A DNA stretch of 64,000 nucleotides, taken from assembly GCA_963921275.4 (NCBI GenBank), contig OZ001293.3, positions 1 through 64,000 on the forward strand, given 5' to 3'. Each line of letters begins with the position of its first letter. Position 1 is the first letter of the stretch. Positions 1 through 12,145 of the stretch are shown here, piece by piece. This stretch comes from an uncultured Hormoscilla sp. Lineage in GTDB: Bacteria > Cyanobacteriota > Cyanobacteriia > Cyanobacteriales > Desertifilaceae. The notes beneath the pieces are model-generated. The model ran no database searches, was not told the origin of the DNA, and was given only the letters and a program-made list of their open reading frames with translations. Made by a program: the position numbers and the translations under genes.

Positions 1-369
1 GGGAAAACAACCTACCCAACGAACCTCGAATATACCTGTGGCGTTTCGCTGTGTAAAGTAACATGAATATTTATTTTGGACAAGATCGAACCTTCTGCAT
101 TTCAACCATGGATGAAATTAATTTGTACCTCAAAATTCCTATCCTGGAAGGAAGATCGATGATTTATTACTCTAGCCAATTAGGAAAAAATTACAGCGCT
201 CAAGGTTTTCATCTGCTACAAACAAAATCACAACTAATAGGCGCTTCGACTGTACCGATAACATATCCTCTAAACAAATTGGCATACAAAACATATTTAA
301 GTTTGCTAGAAATACTTCTGGCGTCCCGACTGATAACCCGATCGCGCTTAAGTATGGCAGTGCAGCTTA

Positions 370-2544
370 TTCCTGGACTGAGAAGCTCAGATGGAACTGC
401 GTTTACAATATCAATGACTTTAGCGGCACCACAATGGACGATCGTTTCCAGGCCGCGAGAGATGCAGCGGCGGCGGCGGGTTCGATGCCTTCGGGATGCT
501 TCGCAAAAACCCCTCAGGCATCGCGATGTAGTCTACTTCTCCGCTGGCACTTACCGCTTTACAGACAGCATTTATTTAACAGATGGTGTGGTAATGCGGG
601 GGGAAACGCCATCGGTAACGGATGCTAAATCTAGTTCCTATAATCCTCCCTCTAAGTTAGTGTTTCCCAAGTATGAACCCCGTCTATCCGGTGAGGGAAC
701 GCCGAATGAAACTGCATTCAAAAAAATCTTTATTACTTCACCAGATACGGATAGCAATATTGGGATAGTGAATCTGGATATTAATCGCGCTGGCATCAAT
801 TTACTAGGGGACTTGACTGAAGCCATTCCACTACGGAAATCATTATGGAATTGTGGTAAATCGTTCTGGGAAATACCGTTCCGGAAAAATCTGATATGGG
901 GAAGATCCGACAACACAACCGGGATTATTCCGCAAAGAAATTGTCATCCGGGACAACTGGGTTTATCATACCATGAGGACAGCAATTCAGGCGGCGATAT
1001 CTCCTGTGTGCCGAGTCCCCTGGGACAAGAGCACAACAGGAGATATCGAAGGGTCAGGGTCTGGTGATTAAAGATAACACCATCAGAGACCAAGAAAATA
1101 AACAATGGTGGCTCCATTCGACCGGAACTAAGCAGCCCTTAGGTTCTAATACTTTTGAAAACCGTGCTATTGATTGGTCGGGATGGGATGTGGTAATTGA
1201 AGGCAATAATTATCAAGTCTGTGCGATTCGTTCTAGCCTAACGTGGTCAAACACGGAACGCTAGCCCGGTTTCATTAGCCGGGAACTCTGACCGCATGGG
1301 GGTTAAATTCCCCTCCCCCCAGGTACGGGGGTGACACCGGTCCTCGGTGCTACGAAGCGACATCATCGTGGTGCTAAGCGAGGACTCAAATGTAGGATAA
1401 CTGGCAGCCTAAGCCGGTGACGCCGCTAGGAAAGATATCCAAGGTTAGAGCAGGCAAACATGTGCAAGCCTCGTTATAAGGAACCAGCGAAATAAGGCTA
1501 TATGCGCTGGCCTAAAAAGGAAATGGTAGCTAGTATTAGTTTTAGACTCTGGCTAATATAGTACTCAAATAGCTCCCGGGGTATAGTGTGGACCTAAAGG
1601 TATCGCGAAATGTTGTTAGGGAACGAAGTAACCTCTCGTGTGCTGTCCATCAGGACAAGTTAGATGTTAAGCGCAAGCCACGGGGGGAGGGATGGCCCAA
1701 GAAGCGAATGCCCGGGGTAATTCCTGGGATAACATCTACAGTAATGTAGATGATGCTGGGTAGCCAGCGCTGACGTGGGTCGGTGATACTAGGAAGCTGC
1801 TGGAATGAGTAATCCTAAAAAGCCACGGAACTAATCCGAAACGCAAGTGGAGGATAAGGTATGGATAACTGGTAAAACTGACTTGAAAATGGTGATACTA
1901 ACGGTTATCAGAACAACCACTCGCTAAACCAGGAAAGGGAAGAAAAGACAGGCGGCAAGGGCTAACGGAAGTAATTCCTATTAAGTCTACCTATGAAAAG
2001 GGCCTAGTACCCAGTAGCCGGATGCGGTGAAAATCGCAAGTCCGGTTCCTCAAGGGAGGGTCGGGAAGCGATTCCCGGCTCGACCCCATCCACGGACATC
2101 GCATCATTGATAGCAAGTATTATAGTGTAGATGGAGAAGGGATCCTGATTCAAGAATGCTGTAGAGGAACTAAGGTAAATGGAGCGATAATCAGGAATAA
2201 TCAGGGTAATGGTTATATTGGGTTGTACAAAGTTCCTGTTCCGGAAAAATGTCACCATTACCGGAAATAGGTTGGATAGTCAATGGAAAAAAACACCACT
2301 AATCTATGTTAGTGCTGACCGGAACAGGGGACCGAGTTCGATGTCCAATGTGCGGATATAGAATAATAGAGTCAATGGTAGTATTTTAGCAAAAGCTAGC
2401 GGTACGGGAAACAGGATAGAAAATAATCGCGGCGATAATAGTGGGTCGATTAAATACTCTTGTCAGATAAGAGTATCGGGGAATACAGGTTTTGAATTAG
2501 AACCATGTTTGCGGGGAAAACCTAGGGCGGATCGCCGAGAATGA
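370..2544 (+). pseudogene. Fragmented pectin-lyase-fold/beta-helix-like protein, split by frameshifts, palindromic insertions and a group II intron
   Basis: Segments in different frames (DDRFQAARDAAAAAG; VVYFSAGTYRFTDSIYLTDGVVMRGE; IVIRDNWVYHT; VVIEGNNYQV). Removing intron 1221-2091 gives in-frame NYQV-YGHRIIDSKYYSVDGEGILIQECC. The 63..1067 ORF is a chimera of these frames with an unrelated N-terminus. Confidence 0.6.
1221..2091 (+). mobile_element. ORF-less group II intron, family A, copy 1 (871 nt)
   Basis: Starts GTGCG; domain V AGCCGGATGCGGTGAAAATCGCAAGTCCGGTTC; domain VI hairpin ending ACCCCATCC; no RT ORF; matches copies 2 and 4. Confidence 0.95.
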
Positions 2545-2879
2545 GAATATGCGCTTTAGCACTGCTGTGTGCTAAAGCGCGACAAGGAAGGATTGCTCAT
2601 GGTAGCGCTAAATGCAATAAAATTATAGAGCTTGAGGAATAGGTGTGAGGAACGACATTTGCTAGCCGTGTCTCCTGGGAGCTTGATGTCCCCCGGACGC
2701 ACTTCGATGCCTACCGTTCCGGAAAAATCGGGATGCAACGCAGGCAACCCCTCAGGCATCGTCGAAACCCGGGGGACATCATATTCGCACAAAAGGGGAG
2801 ACACGGCCCGGTCATATGCTGAAGGTGGTTGCGGGAGCAAAACTAGATCGAGCTAGATAATATCAGTAACGCATGAGCT

Positions 2880-5783
2880 ATGATATCAATGCAAGTTTGG
2901 GGCGTTCTCGCTATATTCACCGTCTGTCCTTTGTTGGGAGGACTACCTCTGATTGACTGGATTGCTTTGGCCCTCACTGGCCGCAGTCTGAGACAACTGG
3001 GTACTGGTAATGTATCAGTTTCGGCGGCTTTTTACCACGGCGGACGCTTCGCAGGAACTCTGGCGGTCCTATCTGAGGCGGCCAAAGGGATTGTAGCTGT
3101 CCTACTGGCCCGTTTCTTGTTTCCATCAGCCCATGCTTGGGAGTTGCTGGCCCTGATGGCTCTGGTTGTGGGCCGCTATGGGATGGCTAAAGGTGCCGGG
3201 ACTACTAATGTGGTCTGGGGGGCGATCGCCCATGACCCGGAGGTGGCAGGTTTGGTGTTTCTGATCGGAGTGATTGGCTTTACGATAGTCCGCGAACGCC
3301 AACTGGGACGCTTGGGGGTCTTGGTGCTGTTTCCTCTGATTACCATATTGCTGCGCCCGCAACAAAAGGCAGTCGGTGTGGCGGCGATCGCCCTCAGTTT
3401 GCTGCTAGCCTGGATCTATCAGCAAATTCCAGATGACTTGGACTTGCCAGTGCCACAGGAACAGGGGGAAACTAGAACTATGTTTCGTTTTTTTAGAGGC
3501 GATGGCGGGGCAGTTTCCTTGTCCGATCGACTGGATGCTAGGGTTGTGGGTGAAAAAGCCGCAACTTTATCTGTACTGAAGCGCTGGGGCTATGCTGTAC
3601 CTGCGGGATGGGTGCTGCTACCTGGTGACGATCCGGAACCGCTAATTGAGTTTCTGCAACCGTCGCCAGAAAATCCCCTGGTGGTGCGATCGACTGCTGT
3701 GGGGGAAGATTCACAGCGGGCCACGGCGGCGGGTCAGTATGCAAGCTTCTTAAATGTTACTAGCAATTCTTCTTTGCAGCAGGCGATCGTCCGCTGCTTG
3801 AATTCATACGATCGCCCGGCGGCGGTAGAGTATCGCCGCCGTCGCAATTTGCCAGAAGCATCGATGGCAGTATTAATTCAAGCCCAAGTGCGAGGGGTGT
3901 TTTCCGGTGTGGCCTTTAGTCGGGATCCGGTGAAACGACATGGGGATGAGGTGGTCATTGAAGCTTTACCAGGAGACGCCACTAGGGTAGTGTCCGGACA
4001 GGAGACGCCAGAACAATATCGAGTTGTGGTTCTGGATGGGGAAACAACCAAGGTGGAGGGAACCTTAGGTCTGCCAGACGTGCCACCAGGACTGATTCAT
4101 GATGTTGCGATCTTGGCGCGTCAGCTGGAAAATCAATATAATGGTATTCCCCAGGATATTGAGTGGAGTTATGACGGCAAGCAGCTATGGGTGTTACAAT
4201 CTCGTCCCATCAGTACTATGCTGCCGATCTGGACCCGCAAGATTGCGGCAGAAGTGATTCCCGGCACGATCCGACCCCTGACTTGGTCGATCAATCGTCC
4301 TTTGACTTGCGGCGTCTGGGGAGAGATTTTTACCCTCGTCTTGGGTTCTGCTGCTGCTGTTTTGGACTTTGAGGAAACTACGACTCTGCAATATTCCCGC
4401 GCTTACTTCAATGCTTCCTTGCTGGGGGAAATATATCTGCGCATGGGTTTGCCCCCAGAGAGTCTGGAATTTCTGACTCGCGGGGCTAAGTTTAGCAAAC
4501 CCCCCCTGATGTCTACAATCAAACAATTGCCGGGCTTGCTGCGCCTGCTGAGGCGGGAATGGAATTTAGAACAGGATTTTGAATGTGATTATTCCCAGGA
4601 GTTTGCTCGGAAGACAGAAAGGTTGCACGATATCTGTCTGGAATCTGTCAGTGACCCCGAGGAACTGCTGGCACGAATAGATGGCATCCTGTTAGCCCTG
4701 AAACGGGCGACTTACTATAGCATTCTCGCTCCTTTAAGTTTCGCTCTCAGGCAAGCTCTGCTGAAGGTGGCAGATGCCGATCTCGATTATAGTCTGATGC
4801 CAGAAGTGGCTGCCGCCCGATCGCTCAATGAAATTGCGATCGCGGCCCGTCATCTGCTACCAGAGTTGGAGACTTTGACGCCGGAAACTATCTTTGGCAC
4901 CCTGTCTGAGATCCCAGACGGTCAGACCGTGTTAGAGCAATTTCAGCAATTTCTCAGTCGCTACGGATATCTCAGCGAAGCAGCAACTGATATTGCTACT
5001 CCCAGATGGCAGGAAGACCCCAAACCCGTTCGTCAACTGTTCGTGCAGCAGATTGGTAATATTCACATGGCACCTATAGAGTCCAGTCAAGCTCAAGGTT
5101 TGAAAGCTCAGGTGGTGCAGGCCCGCCTTAATCTTAAAGCTAGAGTAACGAAGGTTTATAATCAATTGCTAGCACAACTGCGCTGGAGTTTTGTCGCTTT
5201 GGAGCAAGTCTGGCTGCGATCGGGTATGTTGCAGGAGTCTGGAGATATCTTTTTCCTCCAGTTTTCTGAAATCCGCAATTTGATTGCTGGTATGGACAAG
5301 GGTGAGTTGAGTGAGAAATTACCGCAGTTAATTGGGACCAGAAGAAGTCAATTGCAACAGGATAAGAAGCTGACTGCTGTACCCTATGTAGTTTACGGCA
5401 ATGCCCCCCCAGCAGCTATCCTTAATTATAGCTGGAACCGCCCAAGTGCTAGTCAGCAGTTGCTCGGAATTGGTGCTAGTCCCGGACTGGTAGAGGGTGA
5501 GGTGAAAATCCTCCGCAGTTGGCAAGAGATGCCAGATATTAACCGCAATCATATTTTAGTTGTACCTTATACTGATGCTGGTTGGTCGCCGCTTTTGGCC
5601 CGTGCGGGCGGTTTGGTTGCGGAAGAGGGTGGGCGCTTGTCCCATGGCGCGATCGTGGCCCGGGAGTATGGCATTCCCGCAGTGATGGATGTCCATGATG
5701 CTACAATTCTCTTGCAGGATGGTCAGCGTCTGCGCATTGACGGTCAGTTGGGAACTGTGGAAGTGATCATTGCTCATGGTTAA
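2880..5783 (+). CDS. PlsY-type acyltransferase fused to PEP/pyruvate-binding and PEP-utilising phosphohistidine domains
   Basis: N-terminal TM region with GTGNVSVS and EAAKG; central VVRST..GED and QDIEW motifs; C-terminal GGRLSHGAIVAREYGIPAV. Confidence 0.85.
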   Translation: MISMQVWGVLAIFTVCPLLGGLPLIDWIALALTGRSLRQLGTGNVSVSAAFYHGGRFAGTLAVLSEAAKGIVAVLLARFLFPSAHAWELLALMALVVGRYGMAKGAGTTNVVWGAIAHDPEVAGLVFLIGVIGFTIVRERQLGRLGVLVLFPLITILLRPQQKAVGVAAIALSLLLAWIYQQIPDDLDLPVPQEQGETRTMFRFFRGDGGAVSLSDRLDARVVGEKAATLSVLKRWGYAVPAGWVLLPGDDPEPLIEFLQPSPENPLVVRSTAVGEDSQRATAAGQYASFLNVTSNSSLQQAIVRCLNSYDRPAAVEYRRRRNLPEASMAVLIQAQVRGVFSGVAFSRDPVKRHGDEVVIEALPGDATRVVSGQETPEQYRVVVLDGETTKVEGTLGLPDVPPGLIHDVAILARQLENQYNGIPQDIEWSYDGKQLWVLQSRPISTMLPIWTRKIAAEVIPGTIRPLTWSINRPLTCGVWGEIFTLVLGSAAAVLDFEETTTLQYSRAYFNASLLGEIYLRMGLPPESLEFLTRGAKFSKPPLMSTIKQLPGLLRLLRREWNLEQDFECDYSQEFARKTERLHDICLESVSDPEELLARIDGILLALKRATYYSILAPLSFALRQALLKVADADLDYSLMPEVAAARSLNEIAIAARHLLPELETLTPETIFGTLSEIPDGQTVLEQFQQFLSRYGYLSEAATDIATPRWQEDPKPVRQLFVQQIGNIHMAPIESSQAQGLKAQVVQARLNLKARVTKVYNQLLAQLRWSFVALEQVWLRSGMLQESGDIFFLQFSEIRNLIAGMDKGELSEKLPQLIGTRRSQLQQDKKLTAVPYVVYGNAPPAAILNYSWNRPSASQQLLGIGASPGLVEGEVKILRSWQEMPDINRNHILVVPYTDAGWSPLLARAGGLVAEEGGRLSHGAIVAREYGIPAVMDVHDATILLQDGQRLRIDGQLGTVEVIIAHG

Positions 5784-5813
5784 TGTCCAATTGTGAATTG
5801 CTAATTGTCAATT

Positions 5814-6456
5814 GGGGTGCGATGAAAGTCGCACGTCCGGTTCCGAACGGGAGGGTACCGAAGCGATTCCCAGCTCGACCCCTAATACTTATGAGAGCCT
5901 CGTAACTATTAACCGGCGAAATAAGGCTTTATGCGCCGGAGACAAAAGTCACTGTAGTTAGTGTTAGTTGTATTATCTGGCTAACAACGTACTCAAATAA
6001 CTACCGGGGTGTAGTAGGAACCTAAAGGCATCGCGCTCCGGAGACCAGGGAACGAAGTAACCCCTCGTGGGCTGTCCAACTGGACCAGTCAGATGTGAAG
6101 CGTATGCCACGAGAGGGAGCCCAAGCCTGCCCCCAAGAAGCTAATACCTGGGCGGTGTCTTCCGCATGCGGAAGACACCGAGTAATGCCCAGGATACGCC
6201 GACGTGCGGTGAGGGTGGGTGATAGTAGGAAGTCTCAGGTAGAAAGTAACTCTGAAAATGTTATGAACCCTTCACTATAGGTGATGAGGTATAGATGTAA
6301 AGGAGCAAAATCGCATGGGATAAGGCACAATGGGAGTAATCCAAAAGTTACCTACCATTGACTTGGGCCTACTACCCAGTAGCCGGATGCGGTGAAAGTC
6401 GCTTTTTAGGTTCCGAACGGGAGGGTCGGAGGGTGACTTTCGGCTCGACCCCTAAT
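5814..6456 (+). mobile_element. Nested, 5'-truncated group II intron remnant (inner DV-DVI 5814-5886; outer partial intron 5887-6456)
   Basis: Two DV/DVI ends, both finishing CGACCCCTAAT. The sequence between them aligns with domain I blocks of families A/B (CGAAATAAGGCT, GGGAACGAAGTAAC). The outer DV is mutated. Confidence 0.8.
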
Positions 6457-7989
6457 TCCCCGCGATTCTTCCAGGGCCTTTTCTGCCTGTTTGCGATCGC
6501 TTATATTCCGAGACACCGCCACCATTTCTGGAGCTTTATTCCGATAACGATCGCGGATTATCTTGCTCGTCGTTTCAAACCAGATATATTTGCCGTCTTT
6601 CCGTCTGATCCGATATGTAATTGTGCATCTATCTGGCAACTTGATAATTCTATCATAGGTTTTTTTATCGCTGACAAATCTCGCAGGTAGAAAAACTCAT
6701 ATACCGAACGTCCCAGAATTTCCTCCGGTTCATATCCCAGCAAACTGCGGCAAACATACAGACATACCCCATCGATCGTCTGTCGAGAAATCAAGTCTGT
6801 CGAGTTCTCCGCCATTAACCGATAACGTTCTTCACTTTCCCGCAAAGCTGCTTCCGCCCGTTTCCGATCGGTTATGTCTTCGGAAATCCCTAATAGATAT
6901 TTCGGTTTTCCTACTGCGTCCCGGAGGGGAATTTTCTTTGTGTGTAATATGCAATCGCCCTGATGCCGAGTTGCGATCATCTCTGCGGGAATATCTACCA
7001 GTTTTCCCCCATTCAGCGCTTCTCTGTCTTTTTTCGTGAAAAATTATGCTTGCTCTGGCGGAAACAAGTCATAATCATTTTTTCCCAGCAGTTCCGCTTT
7101 CGAACAACCCACCAATTCTTCCCCCGCTTTATTAACTAATATACCGGAGTTCTTGCACCTCCTTAACAAAAATTGTGTGGAAAATATTGTCGATTATAGA
7201 GTTCAGAAACATTTGGAAATTGCGCTACTTGATCGAGGCGCTATCCTCCTTTTTGGGTATGCGCAAAGCCCGCTCGCTCAGATCCATTAGCATCCCATTC
7301 CAGAGAATACTCTCATCTGCAAGCATTTCTGGTCTGGAAATTGTTTGCATCCACTTTATATTCCCCTCCGGAGTGATAATTCGTTCCGACCATTGCCAGG
7401 ACTGTAGGGTTTGAGCTGAAACCGCAATTGTCGAGTAAAAATCTCCCCTGTCTTCCGGATGCACCCGCTCCAACAGCAGATCAGCATCCTGAATAATTTC
7501 TGCTGCTGATATTTCCCAAACTTCCCGACAGCTGGGGCTAATATAGGGAAAGGACATCTCGCCATCTGAGTCTAGCAGCAATTGATAAATTATTCCCGGT
7601 ATTTTGGCAACCAGCTTTTCTAACCTTGCCCTTTTATTTTCTGTCTGCTTCTGGTTAGCCATCACTGTCAAGGTGATTAGCTAATAGCGGTGACTGTCTT
7701 TTGTTACTAGGGGGCTAGCTGTGAAATAAACATCAGACATAGCGCCATTTTTTTGTTCGATCCGCCCAAAACCCTCAATTTTTTCCTGGCCCCTAATCAG
7801 GGTAATCTGCGGATCTATCTGTTTTATTTCTGACCATCCATAAAATTTTTCGTAGGCCCGGTTTACTTTCACCAAACTCCCCCGACTGTCTGCGACACCC
7901 ATGGCGATGTCTGTTATGTCCCAGATTTCGGAGAGCATACCTTCTGACGGATATTTTGCTAAATCAGCTAGTTTTTGTCTTGCCATCAT
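6457..7989 (-). pseudogene. Multi-PAS sensor protein (probable kinase N-terminus), frameshifted and truncated
   Basis: PAS/PAC motifs in successive frames (IPGIIYQ..YISPS, DITDRKRAEAALRESEERYR, YRIRRKDGKYIWFET); ends at the intron remnant. Confidence 0.8.
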
Positions 7990-8415
7990 CTTAATGTATA
8001 TTTTATCCTCAATTATAACATGTAAATCCCATGTTTTACTTCTTGTCAGCGATTCTGTGCATGGTAATGTTCCGGAGACAATTTCTCAGATAGACACATG
8101 CACAGCTAGGGGATAACAATGAGAGACTATCCCTTACTTCCATAGTACGATCTGCTTGGGATCGGCACTATACCTACTTGACTGATACCCATAGTCATTG
8201 CCGAGTCATCTCAATTTTTAATTGACGATATCCTTATACAATAGCAAAACTATCTCTTAGATAAAGTTTCCAGCTTTCTATTTGTAGCATTTTTTTTGAT
8301 AGCCTAAAAGTTATGGGATCGTGACTTACGCAAATTTAACTCTCTTTCGGGGACCAGTAGCGTCTGGTGGGCAGCACTAAATAGGGCCTATGGGTAAGTT
8401 ATGGTATAATCTCGG

Positions 8416-9267
8416 TTGAGGGAAGTCATGGTATTTGGCTCGCATCAGCAATGGTATGGTAGGCTGATCTTGGAGTTTGCTGTTCGCCACGGCAAAACTA
8501 AACTACTGCCCCAGATGGCCACAGCGCCCTTGAAGGTGCAACGCCCATTCTATCCGGAAGGGGCGGATGTTTGTCATGCCGCGATCCTCCATACCGCTGG
8601 GGGCCTTGTCGGGGGCGATCGCCTCAAAGTCGATCTTAACCTCCAACCAGGGGCCCACAGTTTAATCACTACACCAGGGGCAACTAAGATTTATCGTAGC
8701 AATGGCTTCTCAGCCCAACAAACTATCCAGATCCAGGTTAGCACCGGTGCTACCTTAGAGTGGCTGCCCCAGGAAACAATAGTATTTAATGGTGCAGTTT
8801 ACCGCCAAGACCTGCGGGTAGAATTGGCCGGAGACTCTAGTTGGTTGGGTTGGGAGATTACCCGCTTTGGGCGTACTGCCAGGGGAGAAAGATTTACAAT
8901 GGGCGAGTGGCGAAGTCATGTAGAAATCTGGCAGCAGGGACGCCCCCTCTGGATTGACAGACAATTGGTAAAGGGCGGATCGGGTATGCTAGAGAGTATC
9001 AATGGCTTAGCAGGACAACCAGTACTAGGCACTTTCAGCCTCGTCGGACAATCCGTGACACCAGAAGTTGTACGGAAGGCGCGGACAGGTATGGGCGAGC
9101 AGGTCCATCAAGGAGTTGCAGGGGTCACTCGTCTAGTAGATGGGCTATTATGCCGATATCGTGGTGCTTCCACAGCTGAGGCCAGACAGTGGTTTACCCA
9201 GGTTTGGCACCTAGTTCGTCTGCACTACTACCGACGCCCCGCCCAAAAGCCCAGATTCTGGCAATGA
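8416..9267 (+). CDS. ureD: Urease accessory protein UreD
   Basis: PLKVQRPFYPEG, LHTAGGLVGGD, LEWLPQETIVF; directly upstream of ureA. Confidence 0.95.
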   Translation: MREVMVFGSHQQWYGRLILEFAVRHGKTKLLPQMATAPLKVQRPFYPEGADVCHAAILHTAGGLVGGDRLKVDLNLQPGAHSLITTPGATKIYRSNGFSAQQTIQIQVSTGATLEWLPQETIVFNGAVYRQDLRVELAGDSSWLGWEITRFGRTARGERFTMGEWRSHVEIWQQGRPLWIDRQLVKGGSGMLESINGLAGQPVLGTFSLVGQSVTPEVVRKARTGMGEQVHQGVAGVTRLVDGLLCRYRGASTAEARQWFTQVWHLVRLHYYRRPAQKPRFWQ

Positions 9268-9270
9268 ACA

Positions 9271-9381
9271 ATGAACAAAATTATTCCCATTGACATTCCC
9301 CTTGACAAGATAGCAGAATTAAGTCGCTATTTCCGGGACCGAGTTCTGAAGGAGGCAGAAGAGTTGTATGTTCATAGATGA
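9271..9381 (+). pseudogene. Internally deleted minimal nucleotidyltransferase (MNT antitoxin-like) remnant
   Basis: MNKIIPIDIPLDKIAE joined directly to LSRYFRDRVLKEAEELYV; these resemble the two termini of MNT antitoxins with the catalytic core missing. Confidence 0.5.
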
Positions 9382-9433
9382 CCCATATGACTTCCCAAAG
9401 CGAGGAAAACTAACAACTAACAACTAACAATTA

Positions 9434-9736
9434 ATGCAACTATCACCCCAAGAAAAAGACAAGCTCCTGATTTTTACCGCTTCCTTGTTAGCAGAACGAC
9501 GGAAGGCCAAAGGCTTAAAATTAAATTATCCCGAAGCCGTTGCCTATATTTCGGCGGCCATATTGGAAGGTGCTCGCGAAGGACATACTGTAGCTGAGTT
9601 AATGAGCTATGGAACTACCTTGCTAACCCGGGATGAGGTCATGGAAGGTATTCCAGAAATGTTGTCGGAGGTACAGGTAGAAGCGACTTTCCCTGATGGC
9701 ACTAAACTGGTGACCGTTCATAATCCGATTCTTTAG
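9434..9736 (+). CDS. ureA: Urease subunit gamma
   Basis: [12 protein letters not shown]...[20 protein letters not shown]. Confidence 0.98.
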   Translation: MQLSPQEKDKLLIFTASLLAERRKAKGLKLNYPEAVAYISAAILEGAREGHTVAELMSYGTTLLTRDEVMEGIPEMLSEVQVEATFPDGTKLVTVHNPIL

Positions 9737-9765
9737 CTAGTTTTACTCCTCAAAGAGCACGCGCC

Positions 9766-11749
9766 ATGAACAAGTTGCTGACAATCCTCAAATTACTGGT
9801 GCCAGTAGCCTCGATATTAGCTGGGTTTATAGCAGGCTGGTTCTTGGAGAAACGTGTAATTACCAAGCTGCATGCCATTGCTAATCAAACTGGATGGCAA
9901 GGCTATGAAATAATCATTAAATCCCTACAGGGCGTCACTCTGCTTTGGTCTATCGTTGCTGGCATATTTGGCGCAACTCTTAGCTTTCCCATCGCTCCGG
10001 GACTGCTGGTAACGATCCAAAAAACTCTGCTGGCAACTCTCTTAGGTTCAGCCACCATAGTCGTGGCTCGACTGGCTGTCAAGTTTATCAAACTCTATTA
10101 TAGCAACACGGTAGAAGTAGAAGGTGCTTCACCTTTAACATCTTTATTGGAAAATTTGACAAAAATTGCTATCTATACTATAGTATTTCTGATCATTCTT
10201 CAGTCGATCGGGGTGGGAATTACACCCTTATTGACGGCCTTGGGGGTGGGTGGTGTTTCCATTGGTCTGGCCCTCCAGAATACTCTATCTAATCTATTTT
10301 CGGGTCTGTGCGATTCGTTCTAGCCTAACGTGGTCAAACACGGAACGCTAGCCCGGTTTCATTAGCCGGGAACTCTGACCGCATGGGGGTTAAATTCCCC
10401 TCCCCCCAGGTACGGGGGTGACACCGGTCCTCGGTGCTACGAAGCGACATCATCGTGGTGCTAAGCGAGGACTCAAATGTAGGATAACTGGCAGCCTAAG
10501 CCGGTGACGCCGCTAGGAAAGATATCCAAGGTTAGAGCAGGCAAACATGTGCAAGCCTCGTTATAAGGAACCAGCGAAATAAGGCTATATGCGCTGGCCT
10601 AAAAAGGAAATGGTAGCTAGTATTAGTTTTAGACTCTGGCTAATATAGTACTCAAATAGCTCCCGGGGTATAGTGTGGACCTAAAGGTATCGCGAAATGT
10701 TGTTAGGGAACGAAGTAACCTCTCGTGTGCTGTCCATCAGGACAAGTTAGATGTTAAGCGCAAGCCACGGGGGGAGGGATGGCCCAAGAAGCGAATGCCC
10801 GGGGTAATTCCTGGGATAACATCTACAGTAATGTAGATGATGCTGGGTAGCCAGCGCTGACGTGGGTCGGTGATACTAGGAAGCTGCTGGAATGAGTAAT
10901 CCTAAAAAGCCACGGAACTAATCCGAAACGCAAGTGGAGGATAAGGTATGGATAACTGGTAAAACTGACTTGAAAATGGTGATACTAACGGTTATCAGAA
11001 CAACCACTCGCTAAACCAGGAAAGGGAAGAAAAGACAGGCGGCAAGGGCTAACGGAAGTAATTCCTATTAAGTCTACCTATGAAAAGGGCCTAGTACCCA
11101 GTAGCCGGATGCGGTGAAAATCGCAAGTCCGGTTCCTCAAGGGAGGGTCGGGAAGCGATTCCCGGCTCGACCCCATCCGAATATTATTACTTCCAAAAAA
11201 GTGAGGCCGGGGGACTATATCCAGCTGGAAACTGGTGAGGAAGGTTACGTTATCGATGTAGCATGGCGATATACGATCGTCCGGGAAATCCCAGATAATT
11301 TCATCGTGATTCCCAATGCCAAGATTGTTTCTTCTACTTTCAAGAACTATAGCTTCCCAGATAGAGAAATGCTGGTCTTGGTGACCGTCGGGGTTAGTTA
11401 TGATAGCGATTTGGAAAAAGTTGAAGCAGTAACCCTAGAGGTAGCTAGTGAGATTATGAATAAAATTGCCGGTGGGGTATCGGAATATCAACCATTTATG
11501 CGCTACGAATAATTTGGTTATTTTAGCATTAACTGTAGAGTTTACTTAACGATAAAAGAATATTTAGATCATCTGATAGTTAGACATGAGTTTATCAAAA
11601 GGTTGCACAAGCGCTATCAAAGAGAAGGAATTAAAATTCCCTTCCCCATCAAAACAGTTTATATTCCCGAAACAAGTGATGGAAGTGGCAAAAATAACAG
11701 TTTCAAGCTATCATATAGGAGAAATGGAGAATCAGCAATTGACAATTAG
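9766..11749 (+). pseudogene. MscS-family mechanosensitive channel, split by a sense-strand intron, with premature TAA at 11510-11512
   Basis: LGVGGVSIGLALQNTLSNLFSG. Removing the intron gives SGL-NIITSKKVRPGDYI. The frame continues past the TAA to EGIKIPFP. Confidence 0.85.
10308..11178 (+). mobile_element. ORF-less group II intron, family A, copy 2
   Basis: GTGCG...ACCCCATCC, 871 nt, matches copy 1. Confidence 0.95.
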
Positions 11750-11783
11750 CAATTGACAATTAGCAATTAGCAAGGAGAAAGAT

Positions 11784-12095
11784 ATGATTCCAGGAGAAAT
11801 GATTGTTGAAGCAGGGGAAATTGAACTGAATGCCGGACGGACTACGGTAAGAATGCGGGTGGCATCAACAGGCGATCGGCCCATCCAAGTAGGTTCTCAC
11901 TTTCACTTTTACGAGGTGAATGCAGCATTGGAGTTTGACAGAGAAGGGGCGCGAGGGATGCGGCTGAATATTCCCGCTGGCACGGCGGTCAGATTTGAAC
12001 CGGGGGACGATCGGGAGGTAGAATTAGTTCCGTTTGTGGGAACTCGTGAGGTTTATGGCTTCAATGGTAAAATAAATGGAGCGCTGGAAACATAA
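11784..12095 (+). CDS. ureB: Urease subunit beta
   Basis: MIPGE...[17 protein letters not shown]...[12 protein letters not shown]. Confidence 0.98.
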   Translation: MIPGEMIVEAGEIELNAGRTTVRMRVASTGDRPIQVGSHFHFYEVNAALEFDREGARGMRLNIPAGTAVRFEPGDDREVELVPFVGTREVYGFNGKINGALET

Positions 12096-12145
12096 CAGAG
12101 AAGAATTGTTGATGGTTAATGGTTAATTGTTGACAGCGATGCACA

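Noticed and set aside
63..1067. A single 334-aa protein
   Set aside because: Chimeric frame: unrelated N-terminus, out-of-frame stretches and palindromic insertions from a broken gene.
1221..2091. IS/MITE or rRNA-like identity for the 871-bp repeats
   Set aside because: No TIRs or target duplication; the GTGCG start, domain V and EBS-IBS complementarity identify group II introns.
11114..11512. Independent ORF starting MKIASPVPQG
   Set aside because: The start lies inside intron domain V; the remainder is exon 2 of mscS.
11737..11771. Short heptamer runs (also about 5784-5813, 9411-9433, 20964-20985, 33747-33774)
   Set aside because: Ordinary STRR-type intergenic repeats of filamentous cyanobacteria; short and not mosaic.
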